Source: an uncultured Solirubrobacteraceae bacterium (GTDB lineage: Bacteria > Actinomycetota > Thermoleophilia > Solirubrobacterales > Solirubrobacteraceae). Taken from it: DNA of 64,000 nucleotides. Where the stretch lies: assembly GCA_963743505.1 (NCBI GenBank), contig CAVUPZ010000001.1, forward strand, positions 170,990 through 234,989, read 5' to 3'. Shown piece by piece: positions 47,369-58,231 of the stretch. Positions within the stretch are counted from its first letter, which is position 1. Each line of letters begins with the position of its first letter. Under the pieces are notes generated by a model. That model was not told the origin of the DNA. It saw nothing but the letters and a program-made list of their open reading frames with translations, and made no database searches. The position numbers and the translations under genes were made by a program.

Positions 47369-48259
47369 TTACGAGAAGGTCACCCCACCTTTCGTAAAGG
47401 TGCCGCTTTCGACGACCGTCACGCCGCCGTCTTTCAGTTCGGCGTGGAATAGGTCTTTGCCGTTTTCTTCCGTGATCTTGAACGTCATCGTGTAGCCGCC
47501 GACGCCGAACATCGCCGCCGGTCCTTCACCGGTGAACACGTGCCCCGTCGGCGTCGTGATGCATACGGGGTTGTGCAGTTTCAACAGCCGGAAGTGTTCC
47601 TTGCCGGTTTCGTAGTTGACCTGCAGCCCCTGCTTGCCTGTCAGGCTCGTGTTGAGCCTGCTCAGGACGGTCACCCGTTCTTTTTCGTTTTTGCGCAGGT
47701 AGGTGCCACGTCCGACCACGCTTTCGCACGCAGCGTCGACGCGGAGGTACAGCCCGGCTCCGCCGAACGGGGCGTTAATCGACTTGATCGTGATCGCGTG
47801 CGCGCCCGGAGCGAGGTGGAAGATCCCTTTGCTGTAGAAGGGGCTCGCGTTGGCCGCTTCCGGTTCGCTCGTGAACGGACAGCCCGGAGGGTTGATCGCC
47901 ACGGCCGAGGTCGTCCCGAGCGAGACGCCGGAGTCGAGGGCTTCGTATTCGTCTCCGCATTCGAAGGCGTCGGTCACGGTCAACTGCGTCGGCACGGCGC
48001 TGGAGTACGTGAAGGGCCCCTCCACATCTTCTTCGCCCACTTCGTTGATGATTGCGAATTCCCATCCTGCGCCGACGGTGATCGGCGGGTCAGCCGAGGC
48101 CGCACCCGGACCCGCGCCGTTGGTCCCCGGCGATGCACCCGCGTTCCCGGCCGCAGCCAAGGCCATCACTGCCGCGAGCGCCAGGACGCCCACGAGCGTC
48201 GATACGCGAGTTCCTGCCCAGCGACGTGCCTCTCGTCGAGAGTTCGCTAGTGGTCCCAT
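47369..48259 (-). CDS. Secreted protein with a beta-sandwich domain and the shared 120-aa C-terminal domain
   Basis: RBS GAAGGAG; signal peptide; LTVTDAFECGDEYEALDSGVSLGTTS. Confidence 0.82.
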   Translation of the reverse strand: MGPLANSRREARRWAGTRVSTLVGVLALAAVMALAAAGNAGASPGTNGAGPGAASADPPITVGAGWEFAIINEVGEEDVEGPFTYSSAVPTQLTVTDAFECGDEYEALDSGVSLGTTSAVAINPPGCPFTSEPEAANASPFYSKGIFHLAPGAHAITIKSINAPFGGAGLYLRVDAACESVVGRGTYLRKNEKERVTVLSRLNTSLTGKQGLQVNYETGKEHFRLLKLHNPVCITTPTGHVFTGEGPAAMFGVGGYTMTFKITEENGKDLFHAELKDGGVTVVESGTFTKGGVTFS

Positions 48260-48439
48260 GAGGGCTCCTTCCATCAGTGTCCAGGACGCCCATTCGCGCC
48301 GGCGCCCCCCCTGGAGGGCCCGATCAGACCAGCCGAACACGCCCCCCGCACGTCGACCGTACATCAACGGGACTACTCGCGTGGTGTGATTTCCCGCAAA
48401 TTCCGACACACAGAGGCGACAGTGACCAGTTCGTGTCGC

Positions 48440-49306
48440 CTAGCACGTCCCCGAGTAGGCCGAGCTCCCCGGACCCGACGACGGTTCGTCGACGACCCCG
48501 CCGTCGCCTTCCCGGAGGACGGCACCGAGGTGCACTACGTACCACACCCCCCGCCAGGAGATCATCGAGGCGATCCCGAACGAGCGCTCGGCTCCGTCCT
48601 TGCGGTAGAGGACGCGTGTGCTGGGCACCTCGAAGTAGCCGACGCTGTTGTAACAGGCCCCCGGGGGCACCCAGTGGCCGTAGCTGCTCGGCACGCGGAC
48701 CGCGATCAGCTTCGCCGCGCCGGGGTCGGCTCCGAGCAGGCGGTGCGCTGCGTCGATGTCGAGGGCGTAGTCGTGGACGAGGCGGTACTTCCAGTCCGTG
48801 CCCGGCGAGCCGATCGCCTTCACCTGGACGTAGGCTCCCCGCGGGAAGAACGCCGGCAGGGCGCGTGTGACGGAGTCCTCGACCACGCCCGCCCACAGGT
48901 CGTCCATCTGCCTCTTGAACGCCGCGCTGTGTGCCGAGGGGAACGCCGAGGTCTGCGGCAGCGACCCTGGCGAGGGCCCGTGGGGGTGATGGGCGATCGC
49001 AGCGAGCGCCTTCGGGTGTGGCGTCGCGCTCGTCGGCCGCACGTCGGCGAGCACCTTGGTCGCGGGTGCCTGTGCAGAGGCGACAGCCGCGCTCGTGTAC
49101 GTCCGCGGGCGTGGTGGACCCGAGCCGCCCGAGTCGAGCGCCAGCGAGATCACCGCCACGGCCCCGACGACCAACACGATCGCCCCGAGGCGCCGGTGCC
49201 GGACGCTCCTGCGTCGGCGCTCGCGGGCCTCGCGCCGCCCGGCCTCCCATCGATGGTCCAGGGGCAGGCGGGCGGGCCGGCGTGGAGGTGGCTCGTGCGG
49301 GGCCAT
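48440..49306 (-). CDS. Membrane-anchored hypothetical protein
   Basis: Basic N-terminus, one TM helix, AFFPRGAYVQVK...SMISWRGVWYVVHLG. Confidence 0.72.
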   Translation of the reverse strand: MAPHEPPPRRPARLPLDHRWEAGRREARERRRRSVRHRRLGAIVLVVGAVAVISLALDSGGSGPPRPRTYTSAAVASAQAPATKVLADVRPTSATPHPKALAAIAHHPHGPSPGSLPQTSAFPSAHSAAFKRQMDDLWAGVVEDSVTRALPAFFPRGAYVQVKAIGSPGTDWKYRLVHDYALDIDAAHRLLGADPGAAKLIAVRVPSSYGHWVPPGACYNSVGYFEVPSTRVLYRKDGAERSFGIASMISWRGVWYVVHLGAVLREGDGGVVDEPSSGPGSSAYSGTC

Positions 49307-49358
49307 GCAGCCACAGAATCTAGAGCCCGACGCGGCCGGCCGGTTAGCCTCGTCTGCG

Positions 49359-50300
49359 ATGAAGCCGACCATCCTGATGTCCGTTCCGAACGTCTCCGAG
49401 GGTCGCGACGAGGAGACGATCGCCGCGATCGCCCGGGCCTTCCTCCTCGATGCTGACCCCAACCCAGGGCGAGGCCGCGTGCGCCTGCTCGATGTCCACT
49501 CCGACCGCGACCACCACCGCTCCGTCTACACGCTCGCCGCCGGGCAGGGGGAGCTGGTCGAGAGCGTCCTGGCCGGCGCCCGCGTGGCGGTCGAGCGGAT
49601 CGAGGTCGTCGAGCGCTCCGACGCCGGCCCGGACGGCCACGGCCAGCATCCCCACGTCGGTTCGATCGACGTCGTTCCGTTCGTGTACCTGCGTCCACAG
49701 GACCGGGGCGCGGCGTGTGCGGAGGCGCTCGTTCTCGCCGACCGCATCGGCGCCGAGCTCGAGGTGCCCGTGTTCCTGTATGGGGAGCTCTCTGGCGAGG
49801 CGCCCTCGACCTGGCGCACCCGGGCCGAGCTGCGCCGCGGCGGCGTCAACGGGCTCGCGGCCCGGATCGCGGATGCCACAGACCCGCTGCGGCCGGACTT
49901 CGGCCCGGCCGAGCTGCATCCCACGGCGGGCGCCACGCTGCTGGGCGCCCGGGCCCCCCTGGTCGCGTTCAACGTGCGCCTGGCGGCGCCCGCCGGGATC
50001 GCCGATGCTCGCCGGGTCGCGGCCCTGATCAGGGAGGGCGGGGAGGAGGGACTGGCGGGAGTGCGGGCCCTCGGGATCGAGCTCGAGGGCGGCGTCGCCC
50101 AGGTGTCCACGAACGTCGAGCAGCCGTTCGAGGTGCCGCTCGTCGCGGTACTCGAGGTCGTCCGCCGCCATGCCGGTGTCGATGGCGCCGAGCTCGTCGG
50201 GCTCGCCCCGGCCGCCGCCCTCGAGGGCTATCCGGCGGACGTCCCGATCGACGGGTTCGACTCCGCACGCCACGTGATCGAGAACGCACTAGGCTGCTAG
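49359..50300 (+). CDS. ftcD: Glutamate formimidoyltransferase
   Basis: VPNVSEGRD, DRDHHRSV, GQHPHVGSIDVVPF, PVFLYGE, PDFGP, HPTAGA, LVAFNV. Confidence 0.9.
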   Translation: MKPTILMSVPNVSEGRDEETIAAIARAFLLDADPNPGRGRVRLLDVHSDRDHHRSVYTLAAGQGELVESVLAGARVAVERIEVVERSDAGPDGHGQHPHVGSIDVVPFVYLRPQDRGAACAEALVLADRIGAELEVPVFLYGELSGEAPSTWRTRAELRRGGVNGLAARIADATDPLRPDFGPAELHPTAGATLLGARAPLVAFNVRLAAPAGIADARRVAALIREGGEEGLAGVRALGIELEGGVAQVSTNVEQPFEVPLVAVLEVVRRHAGVDGAELVGLAPAAALEGYPADVPIDGFDSARHVIENALGC

Positions 50301-50302
50301 TC

Positions 50303-50650
50303 GTGGCTCAGACGAGACGCAAGACCAAGCACCGCGGAAACGCCGCCGGCGTGGTTGAGTCCCGTGGGCGCACCGGGCGCAAGCCGACTGCCGAGGAGAA
50401 GCGCGGCGAGGTCCGCAAGAAGCCGCTCGACCGCCGCGACAAGCCGCCCACCTGGGGTGGAGCGTTCATCCGCTCGATGTTCGCGTCCGTGCTGATGCTC
50501 GTGGTCCTGCTCCTGTTCAAGATCGGGTCCTCCGCGACGGCGCCGATCCTGTTCGTGATCGCCCTGCTCTTCTACACCCCGATCAGCTTCTACACGGAGC
50601 AGTGGGTGTTCAAGCGCAGGCAGAGCAAGAAGGCGGCGACCTCGCGATGA
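50303..50650 (+). CDS. Small membrane protein with basic N-terminus
   Basis: AQTRRKTKHRGNAAG, two TM helices; ATGA overlap with the next gene. Confidence 0.72.
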   Translation: MAQTRRKTKHRGNAAGVVESRGRTGRKPTAEEKRGEVRKKPLDRRDKPPTWGGAFIRSMFASVLMLVVLLLFKIGSSATAPILFVIALLFYTPISFYTEQWVFKRRQSKKAATSR

Positions 50651-51329
50651 GCGCCCTCGACGTGCGCTCCTTCACCGTCGGCCCCGTCCAGGAGAACTCC
50701 TACATCGTCCGCGCCGGACCCTGCTGCCGATCGGCGCCGTGATCGTCGATCCGGGTGATGAGGCGCAGCGGCTGCTCGGCGGCGATCGAGGCGCTCGGCG
50801 TGAGGATCGAGGCGATCCTTGTCACCCACTGCCACTTCGACCACATCGGTGCCGTCGCGCCCGTGGCGCGCGGCCACCGGCGCTCCCGTCTACTGCCCCG
50901 AGATCGAGCGGCCTGTGCTCGCCGACGTGATGAGCTGGGTGCCGCCCGGATTCGGGCCGTTCGAGAGCTACGAGGCCGACCACACCGTCGCCGGCGGCGA
51001 GCGCCTGAGCCTGGCCGGGATCGACTTCGATGTCATCTTCACCCCCGGCCACAGCCCCGGCCACGTGACGTACGCTCTCCCCGGAGCGCTGCTGTCCGGA
51101 GACGTGCTGTTCCAGGGCTCGGTCGGAAGGGTCGACCTACCGGGGGGCGACTGGGACACGCTCGAGCGCTCGATCGGCGGCCTGCTCGACGCGCTACCCT
51201 CCGGAGACCGTCGTCTACCCCGGCCACATGGGCGTGACGACGCTCGCTCGCGAGCGCGACACGAACCCGTTCCTGAGCGAGCTGCGCGCACGCTCGCCAC
51301 GGGCGGCGGCGGAGTCCCGGCCGGCCTGA
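50647..51329 (+). CDS. MBL-fold metallo-hydrolase (glyoxalase II-like); frameshifted, probably sequence error
   Basis: VGPVQENSY, IVDPGDE, THCHFDHIGA, TPGHSPGH, SGDVLF, YPGH across frames. Confidence 0.85.
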
Positions 51330-51331
51330 CG

Positions 51332-52600
51332 TTGAGCGAGCCCAAGCTCAAAGCGCCGCGCGGCACCTTCGACGTGCTCGGCGAGCAGGCTGTCGCGCGC
51401 ACCGCCCTCGAGGCGCGCGCCCGCTCGATCCTCGAGGGAGCCGGCTACGAGCGCATCGAGACCCCCGCGTTCGAGGCCACCGAGCTGTTCGCGCGCGGCG
51501 TGGGCGCGTCGACCGACATCGTCACGAAGGAGATGTTCACGTTCGAGGACGCCGGCGGGCGCTCGCTCACGCTGCGACCCGGAGGGGACCGCGCCGGTGT
51601 GCCGGGCCTACGTCGAGCACGGCATGCACAAGCGCCGCCAGCCGGTGAAGCTGTGGTACCTGTCGAGCTTCTTCCGCCACGAGCGGGCCCAGGCGGGGCG
51701 CTACCGGCAGTTCTGGCAGGTCGGAGCGGAGGCGCTCGGCTCCGAGGACCCGGCCCTCGACGCCGAGTCGATCGTCGCTGCCTGCACACGCTGCTCAGCG
51801 AGCTCGGCGTCCGCGACGTCCGCCTGCGCCTCTCGAGCCTCGGCGGCGCCGAGGCCCGGGCCGAGTATCGCGAGCGCCTGAGGGCCCACCTGCGCGCCCA
51901 CGAGGACGATGCTCTCCGAGGAGGTCCGCAGCCGCATCGACCTCAACCCCTTGCGTGCCTTCGACTCGGATCACTTGGGTACCCGCGAGGTGATGGCCGG
52001 CGCCCCGCGCCTGCTCGAGCATCTCGGCAGCGAGGACGCCGAGCACTTCGCCGAGGTCCGCGAGCTGCTCGAGGTCGCCGGCGTCCCCTACGAGGTCGAC
52101 TCGACCCTCGTGCGCGGCCTCGACTACTACACCCGCACCGTGTTCGAGTTCACCTCCGACGCGCTCGGTGCGCAGAGCGGCGTCGGTGGCGGCGGGCGCT
52201 ACGACGGCCTCGTCGAGGCGCTCGGCGGCCCGCCCACGCCCGGGATCGGCTGGGCGGCGGGGATCGAGCGAATCCTGCTCGCCGGCGCCCGCCGTTCGCC
52301 GCCGCAACCCCGATCGTCGAGCTGTTCCTCGCCCTCGAGGCGCCCGAGCCCGTCCTGCGCAGCGAGGCCTTCCGGCTGCTCACCGAGGCCCGCGCTGCCG
52401 GCCTCAGCGCCCAGATGGACCTCGGCGGACGCTCGCTGAAAGGCCAGCTCAGCCACGCGGCCGCGCTCGGGGCGCGCTACGTGGCGATCGTCGGGATCGA
52501 GGACACGGTGCTGCAGCGACATGCAGGCCGGAGCGCAGGAGCGGATCCCCACTGACACGGTCGTGCATGCGGTCCTGCGCGGCCACCACGCCCTGTACGC
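51332..52600 (+). CDS. hisS: Histidine--tRNA ligase; frameshifted, probably sequence error
   Basis: [53 protein letters not shown]. Confidence 0.93.
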
Positions 52601-52679
52601 CGCGGCCCGGCTCGAAACCGTCCAACGCGCCAATTACGCCGTTCAACTTCTCGGCGCGAAAATGCCGAAGGAGGGGGCG

Positions 52680-53548
52680 ATGGCCCAGATCTCCCGTCCC
52701 TTCCAGATCGCCGCTGGCCGCCGTCGTCCTGCTGCTGGGCGTGTGGCTGTTCGCGATCCACGGTCACTCCAACAGCAGCAGCAGCGAACCGGCCGCGCCG
52801 GCCAGCTCGCCCACGCCCGAGCGCCGCCGCCCAGGAAAAGAAGGCGGCCGCACCCACCCCCGTCTACCACGGCTCGGCACCCGGCGTCAGCGGCCTCACG
52901 AGAGCGATCGCCAAGGCCCACGGCGCCGTCGCCACCTCCCAGCACGAAGCCAGGCAGCTCGAACAGCGCTCCGCTGCGGCCTCGGACGAACCCGAGCGGA
53001 CCGCGAGCGCCCCGGCCTCCCACCCGACGGCCCTCTCGCCGCGCGACCTCGACCTCGCACCCCACTTCGGTCGCTGCCAGCGCGCCCGCTCACAGCGCCG
53101 CCAAGCTCACCCCGGCCACGAAGGCCGCCCCGAAGAGCGCCGCCACGCGCACGAGCGGCGTCCCCGCCAACCAGGCCCTCGTGGAAGGCGAGCTCAAGCA
53201 GGGCAAGGTCGTGATCGTGCTGTTCTGGAACCCCCAGGCTCCGATGACGTCCTCGTCCACAGGGAGCTGCAGCTGCTCGTCCGCGTCCATCACGTGGCCG
53301 CCAAGGCGAAGGCCGAGGAAGTCCGCCACACCGACCGCTTCTTCGGCCTCGAACTCGACAAGAAGATCGCCGTCCACGAATCGCCCGCGAGCGCCGTCGC
53401 CACGTACGGGTCGGTCACCCGGGGCGTGCAGGTCTACGGCACCCCGAGCATCGTGATCGTCGGCCCGAGCCACAAGGCCGAGGTGATCACAGGCTTCACC
53501 GATGCCTACTCGATCGAACAGGCGATCGAGGAAGCCCGCAGCTCCTAG
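52680..53548 (+). CDS. Membrane-anchored protein with C-terminal thioredoxin-like fold; frameshifted
   Basis: MAQISRPFQIA, TM helix, Ala/Pro linker, GKVVIVLFWNP...VYGTPSIVIV. Confidence 0.6.
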
Positions 53549-53563
53549 GCCTACACTCGCTCG

Positions 53564-55037
53564 GTGATCTCGAGCGCCGCGGAGCTCAGCACCCATCTCG
53601 AACGGCCGCTTGCGACGGGGCCACACGCCCGCGAACGCCCACACCGGCGCTGCCGGCGGCGCCGCGTGCGGCGATCTGATCCGCGTCTCCCTCGCGATCG
53701 ACCCTGACAGCCCCGACGGGCGGATCCTCGACGCCGGCTTCGACGCGAGCGGCTGCGGCGCCACCGTCGCCGCCGGCAGCGCCACGGTAGCCCTCGTCAC
53801 GGGCGCGACCCTGCTCGACGCCGCGCAGCATCGGGCCGGAGCAGATCGCCGCGCAGCTCGGCGGCCTGATCCCCGCCAAGCGCCACGCGGCCGAGCTCGC
53901 CGCCGACGCCCTGCACCGCGCGCTCGGCGCCGGCGCCCGGACGGGCGCCATGCTCGCCGCCCGGGAGGGCCGCACGCTCGTGGCGATGAGCGGCGGCGTC
54001 GACAGCGCCGTGGCGGCCCTGCTCAGCGCGGGCGACGGTCGCGAGGCCGTGGCGGTCACGCTCGAGCTGTGGTCGGACCCCGACAACGACGGCGACCTCA
54101 GCTGCTGCTCGGCGCAGGCCGTCCGCGGCGCCCGCTCGCTCGCCCACGGCCTCGGGATGCCCCACCTCTCGATCGACCTGCGAGCCGAGTTCCGGGCGGG
54201 CGTGGTCGACGGCTGGCTCGCCGGGCCAGGCCGCCGGGCTGACTCCGAACCCGTGCGTCCGCTGCAACGGCAGCGTGCGCCTCGACGCGATGCTCGAGCT
54301 CGCCGGGCGCCTCGGCGCGGAGACCCTCGCCACCGGCCACTACGCCCGCGTCGAGGAGGGCCCTGCTGCTGCGCACGGCGGTCGACCGCGCCAAGGACCA
54401 GAGCTATGTCCTGTGCGCGCTCGCCCCCGCCTCGCTCGCGCGCCTGCGCTTCCCGCTCGGAGAGCTGCGAGAAGGGGCGCGTGCGGGAGCTCGCGGCGGC
54501 AGCCGGCCTGGCCGTCGCCGGGCGTCCCGACTCCCAGGACCTGTGCTTCCTGGCCGGCACCCGCGGCGGTGCCTTCCTCGAGCGCCACGTCGGCCTCGGG
54601 CACCGCCCCGGTCCGATCGTCCACCGCGACGGACGGGTGCTGGGCGAGCACGCCGGCGCCCACGTCTACACGGTCGGCCAGCGCCACGGCCTCGGCGTCT
54701 CGGCCCCCGAGCCGCTGTACGTGCTCGCAACCGACACGGCCGCCAACACCGTCACCGTCGGCCCTCGCACGGCGCTCCTGTGCGAGCAGCTGAACGTCGG
54801 CGAGCTGACGCTTGCGCCTCCCCGCCCGCGCGGTCGACGGGGTCCGCGTCCGCGCCCACGGCCGCACGCTGTCCTGCCGGCTTCCAGGGGAGCTCGAGCG
54901 CCGGCCGCAACGAGCGCGCCACGATCGAGCTGGGCGAGCCGGCCGAGCGGACGGCCCCGGGCCAGATGGCATGCCTGTACGCCGGCGAGCTCGTCGCCGG
55001 GCACGCCACGATCGCCGCGCCCGCAACCGCCGCCTAA
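53564..55037 (+). CDS. mnmA: tRNA 2-thiouridylase MnmA with fused N-terminal IscU/NifU-N domain; frameshifted
   Basis: [29 protein letters not shown] in frame with AMSGGVDS; [34 protein letters not shown]. Confidence 0.9.
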
Positions 55038-55051
55038 GATCCACTCGCAGC

Positions 55052-57758
55052 ATGACCTCTGACGAGATCCGCGAGCGCTTCCTGAGTTCTTCGAGGAACG
55101 CGGCCACAAGCGCATCCCCTCCGCGTCGCTGGTGCCCTCCGCGCACGACCCCTCGGCGCTGCTGACCGTCGCCGGGATGCACCCGCTGAAGCCCTACTTC
55201 CTCGGCCAGGAGACCCCGCCGGCGCCGCGCCTGACCGACTGCCAGAAGGTCTTCCGCACGGTCGACATCGACAACGTCGGCAACACTTCCCGGCACCTCA
55301 CGTTCTTCGAGATGCTCGGCAACTTCTCGTTCGGGGACTACTTCAAGGCGCGAGGCGATCGAGTTCGCCTGGGAGCTCTCCCGCGAGGTCTTCGGCTTCG
55401 CCGCCGAGGACATCTGGGTGACGGTCTTCGAAGGCGACGAGGAGCTCGGGCTCGGCACCGACCAGGAGGCGATCGAGCGCTGGCTCGAGCTCGGCGTCCC
55501 GCGCGAGCCGGATCGTCGAATGCCCCCGCTCGGAGAACTTCTGGCAGGCCGGCCCGACGGGCCCGTGCGGGCCGTGCTCGGAGCTCTACGTCGACCGGGG
55601 CCTTCGATACGGCACGCCCGACCGACCTCCCCGGCGGCGAGAACGAGCGCTTCCTCGAGTACTGGAACCTCGTGTTCATGCAGTACGACCAGCGTCCCCG
55701 CGAGGGCGGCGGCTCCACGCTCACGCCGCTACCCGCCAACAACATCGACACCGGCCTCGGGCTCAACCGCATGGCCGCGATCCTGCAGGGGAAGCAGTCG
55801 GTCTTCGAGACCGACCAGTTCGTCGCCGCTGATCGAGCTCGGCGAGGAGCTCTCCGGGCGCCGCTACGGGGAGGACTTCGCGAGCGACCGGGCGCTGCGG
55901 ATCCTCGCCGACCACGCGCCGCGCGATGACGTTCCTGACGGCCGACGGGGTCGTGCCCTCCAACGAGGACCGCGGCTACGTGCTGCGCCGGGTCATGCGC
56001 CGGGCGATCCAGCAGGGCCTCGCGCTCGAGCTCGAGCCCGGCTTCCTGAGCCGCTACGCCGACCGCGTGAGGGAGGTGATGGGCGCCGCCTATCCGGAAC
56101 TGATCGAGCACGCCCGAGGCGACCGACATGTGGCTCGCGGCCGAGGAGGAGGGGTTCGGGCGCACGCTCGCCCAGGGCACCGCGCCGCCTGCACGAGGAG
56201 ATCGAGCGCGACCCGCTCGCAGCGGGCGCACGGCCGTCCCCGCCGAGGACGTGTTCGTGCTCCACGACACCCACGGCTTCCCACCGGAGATGACGCAGCG
56301 AGCTGCTCGCCGAGGCGGGCCTGTCGGTCGAGGGCGACTTCGACGCGCTGATGGAGGAGCAGCGCGGTCGCGGAGCCGCGCGGGCGCCGCGCGGATCAGC
56401 GGCCGGCGCGGCGCCTGGCGCGAGCGCTCTCGACGCCCTCGGCGACACGCCGCCGACGCGCTTCACGGGCTATGAGACCGAGCAGCAACACACGACCGTT
56501 CTCGCCGTCGAGCCCGCCGGCGACGGCGCCGCGCAGGCGGCCGGGGGAGAGCGGCGGCTGGTCAAGCTCGCCGAGTCGCCCTTCTACCTCGCCGGCGGCG
56601 GCCAGGTCTCCGACGTGGGAGTGATCGAGTGCGAGCACGGTGACTGCCGGGCCCGCGTCGAGGATGTCCTCGCGGTCGGCGACGGACCGGGTGCTGAAGG
56701 TCCTCGTCGAGCAGGGCGAGCTGCACCCCGGCGAGCAGGTCCTCGCCCGGGTCGACCACGTCGCTGCGCCACGAGACCGAGGCCAACCACACGGCCACCC
56801 ACCTGCTCCACGCCGCCCTGCGCGAGCGGCTGGGCAGCCACGTGCGCCAGGCCGGCTCCTACGTCGGTCCCGACAAGCTCCGCTTCGACTTCAGCCACGG
56901 CCACGGCGCTGAGCGCCGAGGAGCTCCGCGACGTCGAGGACCGGGTCAACGGGTGGATCGCCCGCAACGACCCCGTGCGCCCGATCGAAACGACCCTCGA
57001 GGAGGCCAAGCGGCTCGGTGCGATGGCGCTGTTCGGCGAGAAGTACGGCGATGTCGTGCGGATGGTCGAGATCGGCGACGGGGAGTACTCGCGCGAGCTC
57101 TGCGGGGGCACCCACGTGCGCTCGACCGCGGAGATCGGCGCCTTCCACATCCTCAGCGAGACCTCCAGCGCCGCGAACGTCCGACGCATCGAGGCGCTCA
57201 CCGGGCCGCGCGGCGGTCGAGCTCCTGCGCGACGCACGACCGACTGCTGCGGGATGTCGCGGCCGAGCTGCGCACGACGCCCGAGCGGCGCTCCCGAGGC
57301 CGTCCGCACACAGCTCGAGAGAGCGCAAGCGGCTCGAAAAGGCGGCCCGGGAGGGCGGCGGGCGCGGCGGGTCGAGACGGTCGACCTCGACGCGCTCGCC
57401 GGCGGCGCCTGCGCAGCTCGACGGCGCGCCGCGTGCTGACGGCGACGCGTGGACGTGCCGGACGCGAAGGCCCTGCTCGAGCTCACCGACCGTCTCAAGG
57501 GTCGCCTCGCCGACGCGGCGATCCTGCTCGGCACGGCCGTCGACGGCCGCGTCCACCTCGTGGCGAGCGTCGCCCCGTCGCTCGTGCAGCAGGGCGTGCA
57601 AGGCGGGCGAGATCGTCAAGGCCGCCGCCGCCGTCGTCGGCGGCGGTGGTGGGGGACGCGACACGATGGCCCAGGCCGGCGGGCGCGACCCGGAGCAGCT
57701 CGGCGAGGCGATCGAGGCCGGGCGCGCCGCAATCGAGGCGGCGCTCGGCGAGCGATGA
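55052..57758 (+). CDS. alaS: Alanine--tRNA ligase; many frameshifts, probably sequence error
   Basis: [69 protein letters not shown]. Confidence 0.95.
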
Positions 57759-57816
57759 GCCGCCCCGGTCCGGCCCAGCGTGGGCGGGCCCGGACCGCCC
57801 TGGTCCAGCGCTGAGC

Positions 57817-58221
57817 ATGCGGGTGCTCGCCCTCGACTACGGCAGCGCCCGCTGCGGGTGCGCGATCAGCGACCCGACCGGCACGATCGTGACGCCGCTC
57901 GGACGTGGTCGAGCGTCCCGCCACGCGGCGCGGCCTCGCCGCGACTGCGGGAGCTCGTCGCGGGATCGCGAGGCGGAGCTCGTCGTGGTCGGCCTGCCGC
58001 TCTCGCTGCGGGGCGAGGACACCGACCAGACGCGCGAGACTCGCGCGTTCGCGCGGAGGCTCGTCGCAGTCGCCTCGGCGGCGCCGTACCCGTCGAGCTC
58101 CACGACGAGCGGTTCACCACCCGGATGGCCCAGCGCATGGGCGGGCAGGCCGGCGGCCAGCGAGGACTCCGTCGCGGCCGCCCACCTGCTCGAGAGCTGG
58201 CTGGCGAGCCGATCCCGTTAA
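57817..58221 (+). CDS. ruvX: RuvX/YqgF pre-16S rRNA nuclease; frameshifted
   Basis: [36 protein letters not shown]. Confidence 0.9.
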   Translation: MRVLALDYGSARCGCAISDPTGTIVTPLGRGRASRHAARPRRDCGSSSRDREAELVVVGLPLSLRGEDTDQTRETRAFARRLVAVASAAPYPSSSTTSGSPPGWPSAWAGRPAASEDSVAAAHLLESWLASRSR

Positions 58222-58231
58222 GGTCCATCCC

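Noticed and set aside
51332-57758. Programmed frameshifting or true pseudogenes in hisS and alaS
   Set aside because: Indels are too numerous, lack slippery-site context and hit essential genes; sequence error is more parsimonious
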